From positions 1,826,485-1,886,484 of the forward strand of contig MU053431.1 of NCBI GenBank assembly GCA_013239625.1: a DNA stretch of 60,000 nucleotides, in the 5' to 3' direction. The translations under genes and the position numbers were made by a program. Below, piece by piece: positions 58,001 to 60,000 of this stretch. Each line of letters opens with the position of its first letter. The stretch's first letter is position 1. This DNA is from Lama guanicoe. Its lineage: Eukaryota. Below the pieces are notes generated by a model. That model was not told where the DNA came from. It made no database searches and saw only the letters and a program-made list of their open reading frames with translations.

Positions 58001-59913
58001 CCTCGCCCACGTTCTGGATCTCCCCGAGGGCTCTCCGCTCCACGCTCGTGTCCGGCTGACGCATCCGACTCCGATTCCTCTTATTTATCGCTTGTTTACA
58101 TAGCGCTTCTTCTTTGCAAAAGAAGAGAAAAGTGGTATTTTAGTTCTTCTGTTTTTCTTAACTTGCCCCATTATATTTCTTGGTATTTACAACCTCAGAT
58201 ACAAACGTTAAGAGGCAAGGAGCACACGGAACAGAGCAGGAAACAGGCAGCAATTCCATGTGGGCGTCAGCACAAAGCTCTAGGCTCAAACAACACAACT
58301 GAACAGAAACCAAATTTTAATGCCCAAGTACCACGAAATCAACCCGTCTTGTCGACAGTCCCCCTCTTAAATCAACCTGCATCTTAACTCTCGTCAGTGA
58401 ACAGAGGAACCAAGAAGCGGTCTGATTATTCTGGTACACAGAATGAAAACGAAAGCTGGAAACACCTTCTCCAAAAGATCTTTACACACAGCGATTCTAA
58501 CACAACTGCTGTTCTAACCATGACGCCCATAAGAGGGCAAAACCTCAGTGGCTCAGGATTAAATCTGCCCTCACCTCACAAGTGAGATTCTCCCCGCAGA
58601 AGGAGGAGTCACGTCATCGCTTGACTTACGCTACAGAAATACGTCAAATTTCCATCAAAGCACAGCAGGCCTCTAATTAGCACGTGCGGTGACGTGCAGC
58701 CCCAAGGTGCCACTCGAAGCCAGATTCTCTACAGCAAGATTGCTCAACACAAATTTCAGAATGGGGACAACTTTGCAAGAGACGCTGAGGGGAATTCACA
58801 AGTATTGGTAATATTTTATTTCCTAAGCTGAGTAGTCTGTACGGGGACTACTTCAATATCAACCTTCACAAACCTTTTACAAACGGTTACGTGTACTTCT
58901 GCGCACGTCACTGTTGTGTAACAAGGAAAAGTTAATTTCTGACGTGGGAGAAAGCAGAGGCACTCCATCCGTATCCTGTCTTCACTAGCTCTCGAGAAGC
59001 TTAGCGTAAGCTGTGTTACTTTGTTGGATAACTTGAAAAAGAATGTTTTCAGGGACAAAGGGATTGAGAGTTGATCTTCAGAGGTAAGCAAAGTTTGCCT
59101 TCAGCAGTTTCTTTACCTCTAAAACTTTCTGAATCACCTTATGGCCTCTTGCTACCAACTCAGTCCTCTGCCTGTGTGCAGACTGTCCCCTAAAGCTTTT
59201 CGCAGAGTTCAGACTCCTGCCCCATTCACGACGTATTAAAAAAAAAAAGAAGGTAAGTGCTCTCAGTAACTTGAAGGCAACTGAAAACGTATGGAAATCT
59301 ACCATTTTCCTGTTTCCAGAGCAGACTGTAAAGAAAAAGCAGCCCCTAAATTCAACATTTTCATGCCGAGTGTAAATATGATGTTCGAGAACTACATTCA
59401 GTACCTTGTAATAACCTTTAATGAAAAAGAATATGAAAACGAGTGTGTCTCTGCATGACTGGGACATTGTGCTGTGCACAAGGAAGTGGCACGCTGTAAC
59501 GACTGCACTTCAACTAAAAATGAATAAATAACTATGACGTTCCCAATTCCTAACAGTGTTCAAAGTGAGGTGACCGGCGGGTGGGATGAAGGGTCCCCAA
59601 GATGTAAAAGGCCTCCCGAGACATTCGCATGTGTTTACAAACCTCCTGGCCCTCTCCACCAGCGGCCAGAAGGACCCCGAGGGCAGGGCCCAGGCGGTGG
59701 GGGGGGGGGGGGGCGCAGGAGCGCGGCTGGCTCCCGCTGTATCCGCTTACCTCCTACTTTAATCCAGACCTGCTCCGGCAAAGCTTTGTTTCTACCGCCC
59801 AAAGTCTGTTTAGTGGATTCAATTTCTTGCTGGTAACAGAAAGAAAACGCCCGGGGCAATCCAGCATCCTGATGCTTGGCAGCTTCAAGTACAGAACAGG
59901 AGTTACCAGAACT
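46051..59913 (-). CDS. TCFL5: Transcription factor-like 5 (bHLH), last four coding exons; 5' exons lie beyond the window
   Basis: Minus-strand exons 59913-59751 ([16 protein letters not shown]...VWIKVG), 58111-57865 (...[15 protein letters not shown]), 56216-56075 ([17 protein letters not shown]...[16 protein letters not shown]) and 46173-46051 ([20 protein letters not shown]...METK*). Phases are consistent, junctions GT-AG, bHLH intact. Confidence 0.96.
46272..46650 (+). mobile_element. 5'-truncated L1 (ORF2 end plus 3' UTR)
   Basis: agccagaaagagaaagac...gggaagggataaactgggagttcgagatttgca...cacagggaactatattcaa...A-rich tail; visibly homologous to 48190-48560. Confidence 0.8.
46860..46965 (-). 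mobile_element. L1MB-like 3'-end fragment
   Basis: cagttcagtggcattaagtatgttcatgctgctgtgcaaccgttaccaccatcca. Confidence 0.65.
47200..49060 (+). mobile_element. ERV1 (MER4-group-like) non-coding internal sequence, split by an L1
   Basis: AT-rich segments 47200-47426 and 48570-49060 resemble ERV1 internal sequence from memory, rejoin across the L1 target-site duplication, and lie next to LTR/PBS pieces. Confidence 0.5.
47427..48569 (+). mobile_element. 5'-truncated LINE-1 with 10-bp target-site duplication
   Basis: ORF 47742-48245 is the L1 ORF2 C-terminus (MRYHLTP...CWRGCGE...HCWWEC...[10 protein letters not shown]), followed by 3' UTR and A-rich tail. TSD AAGCTACTAA at 47417-47426 and 48570-48579. 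Confidence 0.95.
49090..49432. mobile_element. Three ERV1 LTR 3'-end (U5) fragments in +/-/+ orientation, two with primer-binding sites
   Basis: GTAACA termini ending at 49131 (+), 49181 (-) and 49432 (+). PBS-like TGGCAGCCTAGATGGGAT (49136-49153, +) and TGGCAACCCTGGTGGGAC (49175-49158, -). Confidence 0.75.
49513..49643 (+). mobile_element. tRNA-derived SINE (Vic-1-like)
   Basis: tRNA-like head ggtatagctc...gtgcttagcatgcatgaggtcctgggttcgatccc with B box, taaataaataaacctaattacctccc body and A tail. TSD aaagc(c/t)atcaa at 49500-49510 and 49644-49654. Confidence 0.85.
50020..50590 (-). mobile_element. Nested L1 3'-end fragments
   Basis: taaaatacacacaacataaaatttgcc...caattcagtggc...catcttcccaaact, and tacttttccatttgcagttattacaaa-type L1 3' UTR motifs. 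Confidence 0.7.
50660..50770 (-). mobile_element. tRNA-derived SINE (Vic-1-like)
   Basis: Reverse-complement homolog of 49513-49643: aattaggtttatttgtttatttatttaat...gaacccagg...catgctccacactgagctgtacccacccc. Confidence 0.8.
50775..51730 (-). mobile_element. L1 ORF2 3' region, antisense, fragmented
   Basis: ORF 51042-51275(-) gives [11 protein letters not shown]...[12 protein letters not shown]; tatggctgagtaatattcca and ggttgcttccatgtcttggc are characteristic L1 motifs. Confidence 0.85.
52199..52288 (+). mobile_element. tRNA-derived SINE, short form
   Basis: agctcaggggtggagcgcgtgcccagcaagcacaaggtcctgggttcaatccccagtac plus A-rich tail. Confidence 0.75.
53130..53900 (+). mobile_element. Ancient L1MC/ME 3'-end fragments
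   Basis: gatcctgggttgggtctggac...aaaatctgaat...gtactatcttgg-like motifs and atatggactgggtattagatga. Confidence 0.55.
57017..57150 (+). mobile_element. tRNA-derived SINE (Vic-1-like), diverged
   Basis: ggggagggcacagcgcagcggcagag...gaggccctgggttcaatccccagc...acctaaat, flanked by imperfect direct repeats aagaaagaaatcgct / aagaaagaagtgct. Confidence 0.7.
59385..59530 (+). mobile_element. L1 3' UTR tip
   Basis: actacattcagtaccttgtaataacctttaatgaaaaagaatatgaaaac...gactgcacttcaa, homologous to 46510-46635. Confidence 0.75.
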
Positions 59914-60000
59914 CTGGAAAAAATGAAGCGACAGGAACTTCATCAACACTCGACTTCATCTCCTCTTTATCGCACAAGTAAAACGCACGTGAACAGAAGT

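Noticed and set aside
58816..59091. 91-aa minus-strand ORF as an extra TCFL5 exon
   Set aside because: The flanking exons already join in phase and the peptide does not resemble TCFL5.
59699..59713. G15 homopolymer as a functional element
   Set aside because: Simple run in an intron whose length is unreliable in assemblies; no other support.

Overview
GC-rich mammalian genomic DNA carrying the conserved block MRGBP(+), OGFR(+), COL9A3(+), TCFL5(-), syntenic to human 20q13.33. tRNA-derived SINEs resembling the camelid Vic-1 family suggest a camel, llama or alpaca (inference). I reconstructed by hand complete spliced CDSs for MRGBP (5 exons, 204 aa), OGFR (7 exons, 542 aa) and COL9A3 (32 exons, 684 aa), plus the last four coding exons of TCFL5. 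The rest is CpG-island promoters, introns and transposon relics (MER53, MER58, L1, L2, MIR, ERV1/LTR, SINEs). Most ORFs in the supplied track are chance GC-rich or antisense frames. I found no convincing new protein-coding system. The most notable oddities are: a three-copy alternating-orientation LTR/PBS palindrome in TCFL5 intron 5, a non-GT donor at MRGBP intron 1, a paired SOX9-type site in COL9A3 intron 1, an IRF/ETS composite at the OGFR start, an OGFR lacking the C-terminal repeat array, and back-to-back poly(A) signals of COL9A3 and TCFL5. Repeat family names and comparisons to human proteins are from memory, not database searches.
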